This document shows, one piece after another, positions 10,431-18,601 of a stretch of DNA of 64,000 nucleotides. Each line of letters begins with the position of its first letter. Position 1 is the first letter of the stretch. The notes beneath the pieces were generated by a model. That model did no database searches, was not told the DNA's origin, and saw nothing but the letters and a program-made list of their open reading frames with translations. The stretch comes from Planctomycetota bacterium (GTDB lineage Bacteria; Planctomycetota; Planctomycetia; Planctomycetales; Planctomycetaceae), in NCBI GenBank assembly GCA_030836185.1, contig JAURQH010000048.1:44433-108432 (forward strand). The letters are read 5' to 3'. A program made the translations under genes and the position numbers.

Positions 10431-10471
10431 AAAAAACCGCACGCGAGCAAATGATTGCTCGGTGCGGTTTT
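10431..10471 (-). terminator. rho-independent terminator downstream of tRNA-Cys
   Basis: The stem CCGCACGCGAGCAA / TTGCTCGGTGCGG has 13 bp with one bulge and a 4-nt loop. On the minus strand it is followed by TTTTTT. It also has a T4 run on the plus side, so it may work in both directions. Confidence 0.7.
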
Positions 10472-10484
10472 GGAGTGCTTCAAG

Positions 10485-10557
10485 AGGCGCCGCCCGGATT
10501 CGAACCGGGGAATGACGGATTTGCAATCCGTTGCCTTAGCCACTTGGCCACGGCGCC
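10485..10557 (-). tRNA. tRNA-Cys (anticodon GCA)
   Basis: The reverse complement folds by hand into a cloverleaf. Acceptor stem is GGCGCCG/CGGCGCC, anticodon stem ACGGA/TCCGT with loop TTGCAAA (GCA), and T-arm CCCGG-TTCGAAT-CCGGG. The discriminator is U and CCA is not encoded. Confidence 0.92.
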
Positions 10558-10933
10558 CTCCCTTACGGGTTATACCGAATTGATCGGATATTCGGACAAT
10601 CTTCTGAAGTCTTTTTGTGTCAGGATCTTGGAGAACTGAAAAATTCCCGTTTTCGGTCGCTTCCCATGTTCTCCGATTCACAAATGCTAGCTCTTCTCAC
10701 ATCATCATTCAAGAATCTGGAAAACAGAAAGGTGACAAAGAACAGGAAAAACGGGCAATCCTTGCCGGTTATCGGCCAAACCACATGTTCTCACGTCGTT
10801 CGAGAAAAAAGGACCAACGGGCGTGGATTCACAGCCCCGCTCACAGTAGCATCAGGGATTGCGACCGCTTTCGGGTCGATATACGCTTTCTGACTTTGAT
10901 TCCCGACACAATTTATCCACTAATGGTTCATCT

Positions 10934-11746
10934 ATGACTGACTCAAACGGCAATATCAACGAAACTGAAGAACAACTGATCCTGACCGCTCAAACGGCTG
11001 TTAGTTCCTGTAACTGGGTGGTTGGTGAATGTGCGGCAAAGTGGACGAAAAAATATGCCAAAGGACGGACCGATGCCGATTTCGCGACTGAAATCGGACT
11101 CACTCCCGATCAAGTTTTTCAACGCCGTCGTGTGTGGGAAACTTTTGGCGATGTCTACACAGAATACGCGTCCCTCAAATGGTCACACTTTTACGTCGGC
11201 CTGAATTGGGATGATGCTCCCGAGTGCCTTCAATGGGCCGAAGATAACGACGCCACCGTCGCCGAGATGCGTGCCTGGCGTCGTGCCGTTCAGGGAGAAG
11301 ACCTGACCGAAGAAGCTGTCGATCAACAATACAGCGAATGGGGTGGCGACCCGCATGTCGTGCATGTCCCCTTCGAGAACACGCTCGTCAAAGACCCGGC
11401 TGACATGCCGACTCCCAGTGGCGAAGGCAATCGTCTTCGCACTGCGGGTCAACCTGCTGAAACAGTTGGCGCTCATGCACGCGAGTCTCAAGGAGGCGAA
11501 GAATACGCTCCCTTCAAACAGGGTGGTACCACGGTTCCCGGAAAAGAGCAGGGCGTGGCGACAGAAGTTCCTCCTCACGAACAAGCCGAGCAATTGGTCA
11601 AAAAGCTGACGGTCGCACTGGAGCGGTTTGAGAAGGAAGTCTCGCCAACGGTCGCTCGTGAAATGACAAAGCTGGACGACAAGATGCGTTCACGATTGCT
11701 GAAGGCACTGCACGAAGTGAACAGTCGCATTTCAAAAATCTATTAG
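10934..11746 (+). CDS. hypothetical protein (Trp-rich N-terminal domain, coiled-coil C-terminus)
   Basis: The track ORF 10859..11746 is trimmed to the first ATG at 10934 (MTDSNGNINETEEQ...). Composition is coding-like and no family was recognised. It ends 5 nt before REPIN copy 1. Confidence 0.5.
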   Translation: MTDSNGNINETEEQLILTAQTAVSSCNWVVGECAAKWTKKYAKGRTDADFATEIGLTPDQVFQRRRVWETFGDVYTEYASLKWSHFYVGLNWDDAPECLQWAEDNDATVAEMRAWRRAVQGEDLTEEAVDQQYSEWGGDPHVVHVPFENTLVKDPADMPTPSGEGNRLRTAGQPAETVGAHARESQGGEEYAPFKQGGTTVPGKEQGVATEVPPHEQAEQLVKKLTVALERFEKEVSPTVAREMTKLDDKMRSRLLKALHEVNSRISKIY

Positions 11747-11750
11747 AATC

Positions 11751-11833
11751 GACGAAAACGTAGCTGGATTCTCAAGAATTCAGACGAAACGCGAGCGACG
11801 TCGATTGTTCTGAACTCTTGCGAGTTCAGCTAC
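11751..11833 (+). repeat. REPIN-like repeat, copy 1 (imperfect 25-nt inverted arms)
   Basis: The prefix GACGAAAAC is followed by left arm GTAGCTGGATTCTCAAGAATTCAGA (11760..11784). A 24-nt spacer containing the palindrome CGACGTCG separates it from right arm TCTGAACTCTTGCGAGTTCAGCTAC (11809..11833). Confidence 0.85.
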
Positions 11834-11858
11834 GGGTGAGGTTTACGGAGCGGTTCCC

Positions 11859-12449
11859 ATGAACGAGCAACGCCGCAAGTCTCTGAGACGATTGCCGCCG
11901 GAGTTCTACCAGAGGCGCGCTTATGTGCATTGGTCTCTCACCATGCAGGATCGAAAGACCGGCTGGCTGACTCCGGTCTTTTATTATAAGTATCGCGAAA
12001 TACTCACACATACCGCGTTTCGTTTTGGTCTCTGCTGCCCGCTTTATTGCTGCATGCCGGATCATATTCACATGCTTTGGGTCGGTATTCACCCAGTCAC
12101 TGACCAACGTCTCGCAATGCGTTATTTCCGCAAGCAGTTAAACCCTGTTCTTGAAATAATGCAGTCGAAGCTCCAACACCAACCTTACGACCACGTATTG
12201 CGCGAGAGTGAATGCGAGCGCAATGCTTTTGAAGACTTAGCAGAGTACATTGCGCGCAATCCCGAACGGGGGAAGCTGGTTGCTCCCGATGGCTATGCAA
12301 ATTACTCTTACACCGGATGCCTCGTTCCGGGGTATCCAGAACTGAAACCCTTCGAAACTGGGTTTTGGGAGAGCTTTTGGAGAATCTATTCGCATCTTTG
12401 CGAGCACGGCCTGCAAGTCAAGCCACGCAAGGATGCGACGAAAACGTAG
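11859..12449 (+). CDS. REP-associated tyrosine transposase (IS200/IS605-like HUH Y1 transposase, RAYT)
   Basis: 196 aa with the HUH motif in MPDHIHMLW. The catalytic-Tyr motif is in AEYIARNPERGKLV (Y...NP). It is flanked by hairpin repeats, and the last codons plus the stop (ACG AAA ACG TAG) lie inside the repeated unit. Confidence 0.8.
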   Translation: MNEQRRKSLRRLPPEFYQRRAYVHWSLTMQDRKTGWLTPVFYYKYREILTHTAFRFGLCCPLYCCMPDHIHMLWVGIHPVTDQRLAMRYFRKQLNPVLEIMQSKLQHQPYDHVLRESECERNAFEDLAEYIARNPERGKLVAPDGYANYSYTGCLVPGYPELKPFETGFWESFWRIYSHLCEHGLQVKPRKDATKT

Positions 12450-12519
12450 CTGGATTCGCAAGAATTCAGACGAAACGCGAGCGACGTCGATTGTTCTGAA
12501 CTCTTGCGAGTTCAGCTAC
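12437..12519 (+). repeat. REPIN-like repeat, copy 2
   Basis: Identical to copy 1 except for G instead of T at 12458 (arm position 13). Arms are at 12446..12470 and 12495..12519. It lies between the convergent RAYT and the RFAP-synthase-like gene. Confidence 0.85.
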
Positions 12520-12556
12520 GAAATTCGATTCGATTTGAGCAAGTTCACGCCTGAGA

Positions 12557-13537
12557 TCAGACCGAAGCATCTTCACCAACCGGCGTAACTTTCGCGCCGG
12601 CATTGAGTGCTGAGACGGTCTTCACGCGACAATCGGACCATTCGGGGCGATCAAGAATTTCGAGCTCCACTCGCTTGGCATGTGCCTCGTGTTCGCAAAA
12701 TGCAAATAAAGACGGCCCCCACGAACTCTGTCCGACTCCCTGTACACTACGAGTCATTAACCAATCGACTAATTCCGCCATGCGGGGGTCGGCATAACGG
12801 CCACCCTGAATGGGGGCAAAGTAATCTCCCACTTTCGCACCGTATTCGTAAATTGCGTGAGAGAATGCCGGGAAATCAGCTTCTTGCAAAGCGGGAAGAA
12901 GCTCCATCAGAACCAGACGACATAAGTGGCTGGTGACTTCCCACGGCATCGGGTCCAGTTCCATGAACGCGGCTTCTTCATCTGTCCCAGAGAGACCGTG
13001 TGAATCCGGGGGAGTAATCAGCAGAATACGCCAATCAGAATTCATGGTGTGATGAGCGACCAAGGTCCCCAAGTCGTTCGGTTGTCGCTTACCTCCATCA
13101 ACAAGAAACCCACCGCATTGAAAGCCGTGAACTCCCAAAGCAGAACGCTTTCCCCGACCGACAAAACTCGCCAACTGCTCCAAAGGATGCTGATAGCCGT
13201 AGAGAGTGTCGAGCCCCTGAGCAATCGACATGGCAAGCTGAGTCCCCGTCCCTAACCCCGAATGCAAAGCCGCATCTGCCTCGACATGAATACTAACGGC
13301 AGGACATTTTTGATCGGTGACATTGTCTCGATAATTGTCACGAGACTGGATCACTTTTTCGTGGAACGCATCGGGGCAATCGACAGAATCTTCGTCCGCC
13401 AAACGGAAGGAGACATCGATCTGCGGCCAGTCGATCATCATACCGATCCCGCCAAAAAATCGACCTCCTTGCCTGCCGTTTGTTAGCGGGCCGAAATGCA
13501 GTCGCGAACCGGTTTGAATGTTCAGGGGATGACTCAT
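12557..13537 (-). CDS. mptG: beta-ribofuranosylaminobenzene 5'-phosphate synthase-like protein (GHMP-kinase fold; H4MPT biosynthesis)
   Basis: 326 aa starting IQTGSRLHFGPL. The GHMP motif HSGLGTGTQLAMSIAQGL matches my recollection of the RFAP synthase family (GLGSGTQLALA). It is adjacent to a DUF447-like gene, as in H4MPT gene islands. Confidence 0.65.
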   Translation of the reverse strand: MSHPLNIQTGSRLHFGPLTNGRQGGRFFGGIGMMIDWPQIDVSFRLADEDSVDCPDAFHEKVIQSRDNYRDNVTDQKCPAVSIHVEADAALHSGLGTGTQLAMSIAQGLDTLYGYQHPLEQLASFVGRGKRSALGVHGFQCGGFLVDGGKRQPNDLGTLVAHHTMNSDWRILLITPPDSHGLSGTDEEAAFMELDPMPWEVTSHLCRLVLMELLPALQEADFPAFSHAIYEYGAKVGDYFAPIQGGRYADPRMAELVDWLMTRSVQGVGQSSWGPSLFAFCEHEAHAKRVELEILDRPEWSDCRVKTVSALNAGAKVTPVGEDASV

Positions 13538-13577
13538 TGGGATGAGAGACGATCAGTCGTTGAGTGAAAATTGTCAG

Positions 13578-14162
13578 TTAGTCTTGAGGAGAAGCACCAT
13601 CATAGTTGGCAATGTATTCCCGAAGCAAATCAAACGCCTCACGTTCTTGGTCGCCTGCCGTTTTCTCGACAATGATCGCCAAACGCTCGACTTCCCGCGC
13701 GATCTCGGCACGTTCGATCATAAACAATCGCGTCGAAAGCACCGCTAACTCCAGAACAGCATGCTTGGCTCTGTTAAACCCCCAGACCTCACGATTGCAT
13801 CCCACATGCAGGACTTGAGTCTCAATCGAAGTACGCTCTGAGGCATCGTCAATCGATGTGACTTCAAACTCATACCAACGACAGGTCTCCGACAATCGAA
13901 CTCCTTCAATGGTTTCAGCAGGGACTGTTTCGGGAGAATTCCGAAATTGATGGGTGGCGGCTTGAGCCAGCAATAAGACATCATCAACGACGTGAAAAAC
14001 ACCAGCACCGTGTCGCTTCAGATTTTGGTACGTCCGTGATGTATGAAATGGACGAAACTGAAATTGCGTGAGTTCGCGATCAACAATCGGCCCCATCGGA
14101 GAGATATTAGGGCTTCCATCTTCGTTCTGTGTCGTGACGATACCTTCAAGAATCAACGGCAT
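13578..14162 (-). CDS. DUF447-like protein (H4MPT-pathway associated, split-barrel type)
   Basis: 194 aa. The N-terminus MPLILEGIVTTQNEDGSPNISPMGP resembles the DUF447 family as I recall it. It lies 40 nt upstream of the RFAP-synthase-like gene on the same strand. Confidence 0.5.
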   Translation of the reverse strand: MPLILEGIVTTQNEDGSPNISPMGPIVDRELTQFQFRPFHTSRTYQNLKRHGAGVFHVVDDVLLLAQAATHQFRNSPETVPAETIEGVRLSETCRWYEFEVTSIDDASERTSIETQVLHVGCNREVWGFNRAKHAVLELAVLSTRLFMIERAEIAREVERLAIIVEKTAGDQEREAFDLLREYIANYDGASPQD

Positions 14163-14244
14163 TTCTACACCTGTCGAGAGACGCGATCAAAGACAGAGAG
14201 TAGCAGGAAAGCCGTTCGGATTCATCACACTCCAACATTCGAGA

Positions 14245-17013
14245 TCAACGAGTGATACCGACATAGAAGGCGAACAACTGTTCTTCGTCGAAATCTTCGG
14301 AGACCAAAGGAATTGCCCAGTCAAAAGCCATCGGAACGGGTCCCATCGCAGGAATTTTCAACCGAATACCGCCACCGACAGTCGCTCGGAAAGAGTTGAA
14401 TCCAACATCTCTTTCCACAGTACCAAAGTCAGAAAACGCAACAACAGCAAATGTTTCATCCGCGGTCACAGGAACCAAATACTGAACAGATCCCAAAGCC
14501 TGAAATTGTCCACCAACCTGAATTCCATTTTCTTTCGGGGAAACTCCTCGGAAATCAAACCCCCGGAAACTCGAATACCCGCCCGCGTAATAGCGCTCGA
14601 AGATCGGCGTGTCATCGCCGGTCCAACCCACGTCACCAGAGAACGATAAGATGTGCTTACCTTGACCGTCGATTCGACTGTATGTTGTAAAGAACTTACT
14701 CGCACTCAAATCGACCCGCGGGTAGTTAAACTCACCAAATCCTTGCTCGTACGATGCCGAGAGGATATGCCCTTCACTGGGAAGGAACGATGAGTCACGA
14801 CTGTCATAGGTCGCATTCACTCGAACTGTCGACAAGAGGTTTGAACCAACCACAGCCAACAAATCATCTGGAGGAGGTGTTCCTCGTGGATCTTCGACTC
14901 TCACATCTTCCAAGCGTAGCGCGACGCCACCCGACCATTCCGGCGTGAATTGATAACCCAGGTTAACTCGACCACCAGTTCGTTGTTCATTCCAGTCTTC
15001 GAGATATCGTTGATAGTAAAACCCGCTCAGCCCCAAACTCACATCTGTGTCGAGGAAATAAGGATTCGTCCAACTTGCGGAATACCGGCTGACTTGGCTT
15101 CCCGGAACAGCCTCTAATCGGAAGGTCTGGCCACCACCTCGAAACGCACGCCCTTCAATAATGTCTTCGACACTGGTCGGAGGGCGGAACAAATCAAAAT
15201 TACGCTCGTCGAGCACAATGTTTCCGACCACACCAGAGTCACTATTCACGCCGGCACCAAACATCAGGCGACCAGTTCGTGCTTCCTGCACGTAAACATC
15301 TAGGTCACCTTCTCGATAAGGCTGCACAAATGGTTGAGGCGGTGAATTAAGTGCTGGCCCGAACGGATCCCCTTGTGGAGAATTATCCCACAACAGGCTC
15401 CCCGGTTGCTCGATGCCATTTTCATAGTTTTGCCCACGAATTGTGGAAGGGTAATCGGCGTCCTGAGATTGTCCGCGGATAACCTTCGGCTCTGCGAAGT
15501 CATCGTTGAGAATCTGCGACAACGGAATTGTGTAAGATGTTTCTTCAACCGATTGACCACGAATAATACCGTTGGGTTGCATAAGTGATCGACTCAAGCG
15601 TGTTTCTTCAATCGGTACAGGACGAAATTTAATGTCAGGCCCACCACCGGGGCCGGCTTCCCATAGTTGTCCCCGATTGACCCTGGCTCGACTCCGACGA
15701 ATTTCAGAGGGGTCGGCCAAATCACCGGGGTACAGAGTAATGGGATTCGTCACCACCGACTCTTTGGTATGCGCCACAGAACGCCCACCATTCCCGACAA
15801 TATGGACATTGACCCGACGAATTCGCCAGACTTCATCCTCATCGACCAGTAACTCCAAATCGATGACGCCGGGTGTTTCTAAAAATTTGGGAACGGCTTC
15901 TACAGTCGCGTTGATACGCCCCATTTTTCCGTATTTCTCTCGAATCTCACTAATATCTTCGTTGAGATTGCGAGTGGTAAAATAATCACCGGGCAAGGTT
16001 TTCATCTCGCGACGAATGGAACCTTCCGAAAGCACATTCATGCCGTTCAGTTCGATGTTTCGTATTCGGTATCGAGGGCCTTCGCTCACTTTGTAGGTAA
16101 TGTAGACACTCTCTTTTTCCGATCCTCTGAACTCGACTGCTTTTTCAATCGTGACGTCGAAGTACCCGAGTGCATTGTAATACGACCTGATTGCCGTCAT
16201 GTCATCGGTGAGTGAAGACGGATCGTACTTCCCACCAAACCATCTCAAAATTCGAGTTTTGGTAAGCAACTTGGTTTTCAGAACGCGAGAGCTGATATCT
16301 TTATTGCCGATAAACTCAACATCGGCGACAGTCACTTTCTTGCCTTCAATAATCTGAAAAACCACTTCCCGCTCGGTTTTACTGGAACCACGCAGCAGCT
16401 TCACCTGAACCGCATTGTATCCCAGACCTTGATATTCCTGTTCGATGCGGCGGGCCGCTTCTCGATTCAGTGCGACATCGTAAGGACTGCCTTTTCGCAA
16501 ACCCGTTAGGACTTCCAAATAGGTGTCGGCATACTTTTCGTTTCCACGAAATTCAACATGCTGAACAATTGGGCGTTCGAGAACTCGAAAAATGACCACT
16601 GGGCCTTTATTGGAATCTTCGACGCGAGGTTCGACACTATAAAACCAGCGAGTGCTGTAAAGTTCTCGCACATCTTCACGAATCTGGCGTGGCGAGAGTG
16701 GACGCCCCGGCTGTGAATTCACTTTTGTAAGAAGTGCTTTCGGCACAATTGTCTGCAAGCCTTCAAATCGAACGTCACCGATAATTTCATCGGTTTCTTC
16801 CAATGCATAGCGTCGGCGTGGCATTGTCGGGCCGCCAAACGAAGGCCCACCCGCTCCCGGAGGAGGTGCACCTGGCTGCGCCATCGCCTCACTCGAAAGA
16901 AAAAGACAAAGCCCGATCACCAGGCAAAACAGACGACAGAAAAATCGCAACTTTCTCGAAGAAATTCGAAAAAGGCGACAACTATCGATTGAGGGTAATA
17001 ATCCAGATGTCAT
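14245..17013 (-). CDS. bamA: outer membrane protein assembly factor BamA (Omp85 family)
   Basis: 922 aa with a signal peptide. It has repeated POTRA-type units (GDVRFEGLQTI, VQHVEFRGNEK, VADVEFIGNKDI, IRNIELNGMNVL, IRRVNVHIVGN). The C-terminal Omp85 barrel carries RYYAGGYSSFRGF and ends in an aromatic-rich strand. Confidence 0.9.
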   Translation of the reverse strand: MTSGLLPSIDSCRLFRISSRKLRFFCRLFCLVIGLCLFLSSEAMAQPGAPPPGAGGPSFGGPTMPRRRYALEETDEIIGDVRFEGLQTIVPKALLTKVNSQPGRPLSPRQIREDVRELYSTRWFYSVEPRVEDSNKGPVVIFRVLERPIVQHVEFRGNEKYADTYLEVLTGLRKGSPYDVALNREAARRIEQEYQGLGYNAVQVKLLRGSSKTEREVVFQIIEGKKVTVADVEFIGNKDISSRVLKTKLLTKTRILRWFGGKYDPSSLTDDMTAIRSYYNALGYFDVTIEKAVEFRGSEKESVYITYKVSEGPRYRIRNIELNGMNVLSEGSIRREMKTLPGDYFTTRNLNEDISEIREKYGKMGRINATVEAVPKFLETPGVIDLELLVDEDEVWRIRRVNVHIVGNGGRSVAHTKESVVTNPITLYPGDLADPSEIRRSRARVNRGQLWEAGPGGGPDIKFRPVPIEETRLSRSLMQPNGIIRGQSVEETSYTIPLSQILNDDFAEPKVIRGQSQDADYPSTIRGQNYENGIEQPGSLLWDNSPQGDPFGPALNSPPQPFVQPYREGDLDVYVQEARTGRLMFGAGVNSDSGVVGNIVLDERNFDLFRPPTSVEDIIEGRAFRGGGQTFRLEAVPGSQVSRYSASWTNPYFLDTDVSLGLSGFYYQRYLEDWNEQRTGGRVNLGYQFTPEWSGGVALRLEDVRVEDPRGTPPPDDLLAVVGSNLLSTVRVNATYDSRDSSFLPSEGHILSASYEQGFGEFNYPRVDLSASKFFTTYSRIDGQGKHILSFSGDVGWTGDDTPIFERYYAGGYSSFRGFDFRGVSPKENGIQVGGQFQALGSVQYLVPVTADETFAVVAFSDFGTVERDVGFNSFRATVGGGIRLKIPAMGPVPMAFDWAIPLVSEDFDEEQLFAFYVGITR

Positions 17014-17319
17014 GCAAACGACTTCCTGATCGTTTCCGGCGTGACGATTGCCGATTCAGTGATTCAAATGGAAGGGAACGACTTCCCCGGAGAGCGTCCG
17101 TGCTCGCCGGGCGAAGGCGTAAACTCACCTTCACCGATCGGATAAGGTATGAACGGGAATTAGTAATGGATAAGTAGAATCCCCACAAGAGGAACCTGAG
17201 TAGAATAAGTCCTGATAATTTGGGGGATTAAGGAAATGCTTTCTCCCACTGACTTCTCCACTTTTTCCCGCTACAATTGAGTTCCCGATTGTCAAATCTA
17301 CAATTTCACCGGACGAACA

Positions 17320-18576
17320 ATGCCCCTCTGGAAGTTTCTCAAACAACTTTTCTTCGGCCACTCGACAGCCACTCAGAGTCCCTCTCAAAACAATTCACGA
17401 AAGCAAAGCCCAGGCGGCAAAACCAAACTTGTCCCCCTTCAGAATCCGCCTCAAAAAACAAAGCTGCCGAACGCTGCTACATCCGACCAGAAGCCTTACC
17501 TCTATGCTCGCAAAGAACCCAGCACGGGACTTTGGATCGATTTGCGAGAGGGAGGCGATGAACAGTTTCTGAGCCGGGAAGGGCTACCAAACTTCACCAC
17601 TCCCGAGGAACTTGCCAACTGGTTGAATATCAAACCGGGGCAATTGGCTTGGCTGACTCATGCATTCGAACCGGGACAGAAAGCAGACTCTGTCGAGAAG
17701 TCTCACTATCACTACCATTGGATCCAAAAACGAAGCGGCGGAGAGAGACTGATTGAATCTCCCAAACCACTTCTGAAACAAGTACAACGGCAGATTTTGC
17801 ACGAGATATTAGACAAGGTTCCCGTCCATCGAAGCTGTCATGGGTTCATCCGAAATCGCTCGATCCTGACTAATGCCAAACCGCATTGCGGTCAGCGAGT
17901 CGTCATTAAATATGATCTCCAAAATTTCTATCCCTCTGTGAGACGGAATCGGATCATCGCGATTTTTCGCGGACTCGGCTACAACCGGGAAGTCTCCATC
18001 TGGCTGGGACGACTCACAACAACCGCGATTCCCAATTCGATCCCGTTCCCGCAAGAGGGACCGAAAGGTTTACGAGACTATCTCTCGGCCCATTTACCCC
18101 AAGGGGCACCCACATCGCCGGCTCTCGCAAATCTCTCTGCGTTTTCACTCGATCTGCGATTACATGGTTTGACCAAGTCCTTCGCAGCCAACTACACCCG
18201 TTATGCAGACGACATCACGATTTCTGGTCCAGATAATTTGATGAAAAGCCTGAAAACACTCATTCCGCTCGTCCAACAAGTGATCCGGGAAGAGCGTTTT
18301 GTCGTTCAGAAAAAGAAACGGAAAGTGATTCGCAACAATCAACGTCAGCAAATTTGCGGCGTGGTCGTGAATCAGCACACCAATTATCCGCGAAAAGAGT
18401 TTGACCGGCTGAAAGCAATCTTGTTCAATTGCGTCCGTTTCGGACCGGGTTCCCAAAATCGCGAGGGAGTTCCGAATTTTCGCGAACATTTGAGCGGACG
18501 AATCGGCTTCGTCAAACAATTAAATCACGGGCGAGGTCAGAAGCTCGAATCACTCTGGCAGCAGATCTCCTGGTAA
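17320..18576 (+). CDS. retron-type reverse transcriptase (RNA-directed DNA polymerase)
   Basis: 418 aa with RT motifs in canonical order. These are WIQKRSGGERLIESPKPLLKQVQRQIL (RT1), RSILTNAKPHCG (NAxxH), VVIKYDLQNFYPSV (motif A), LPQGAPTSPALANL (motif B), YTRYADDITISG (YxDD) and ICGVVVN (in place of the retron VTG). The first ~85 aa are Pro/Gln/Lys/Ser-rich and low in complexity. Confidence 0.85.
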   Translation: MPLWKFLKQLFFGHSTATQSPSQNNSRKQSPGGKTKLVPLQNPPQKTKLPNAATSDQKPYLYARKEPSTGLWIDLREGGDEQFLSREGLPNFTTPEELANWLNIKPGQLAWLTHAFEPGQKADSVEKSHYHYHWIQKRSGGERLIESPKPLLKQVQRQILHEILDKVPVHRSCHGFIRNRSILTNAKPHCGQRVVIKYDLQNFYPSVRRNRIIAIFRGLGYNREVSIWLGRLTTTAIPNSIPFPQEGPKGLRDYLSAHLPQGAPTSPALANLSAFSLDLRLHGLTKSFAANYTRYADDITISGPDNLMKSLKTLIPLVQQVIREERFVVQKKKRKVIRNNQRQQICGVVVNQHTNYPRKEFDRLKAILFNCVRFGPGSQNREGVPNFREHLSGRIGFVKQLNHGRGQKLESLWQQISW

Positions 18577-18601
18577 ACAATTTCATCGTTGGTAAAGTTC
18601 T

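Larger units (their letters stand above)
11751..12519 (+). mobile_element. RAYT locus: REP-associated tyrosine transposase gene bracketed by two directly oriented REPIN-like hairpin repeats
   Basis: The 83-nt repeats at 11751..11833 and 12437..12519 differ at a single base and flank an HUH/Y1 transposase ORF. See the individual features. Confidence 0.7.

Noticed and set aside
9998-10681. 227-aa minus-strand ORF
   Set aside because: It runs through the tRNA-Cys gene, its terminator and the 5' part of the DUF3500 gene in another frame. It has no protein-like features.
12317-12499. ORFs 12317..12499 (+) and 31656..31841 (+) share the peptide VAGFARIQ
   Set aside because: The shared peptide is simply the REPIN left arm translated. 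These are repeat-derived, not a gene family.
10485-12519. tRNA-Cys as an integration site for an island carrying the hypothetical gene and the RAYT
   Set aside because: The 3' end of the tRNA faces the other way, toward 10431. No integrase is present, and I found no duplicated tRNA 3' fragment (att-like direct repeat) in the window.
17320-18576. RT as part of a diversity-generating retroelement or a group II intron
   Set aside because: The motif B region is QGAPTSP rather than the DGR-type (I/L)GxxxSQ. I saw no template/variable repeat pair nearby. There is no maturase X or endonuclease domain, and at 418 aa with retron-like NAxxH the retron-type assignment fits better.
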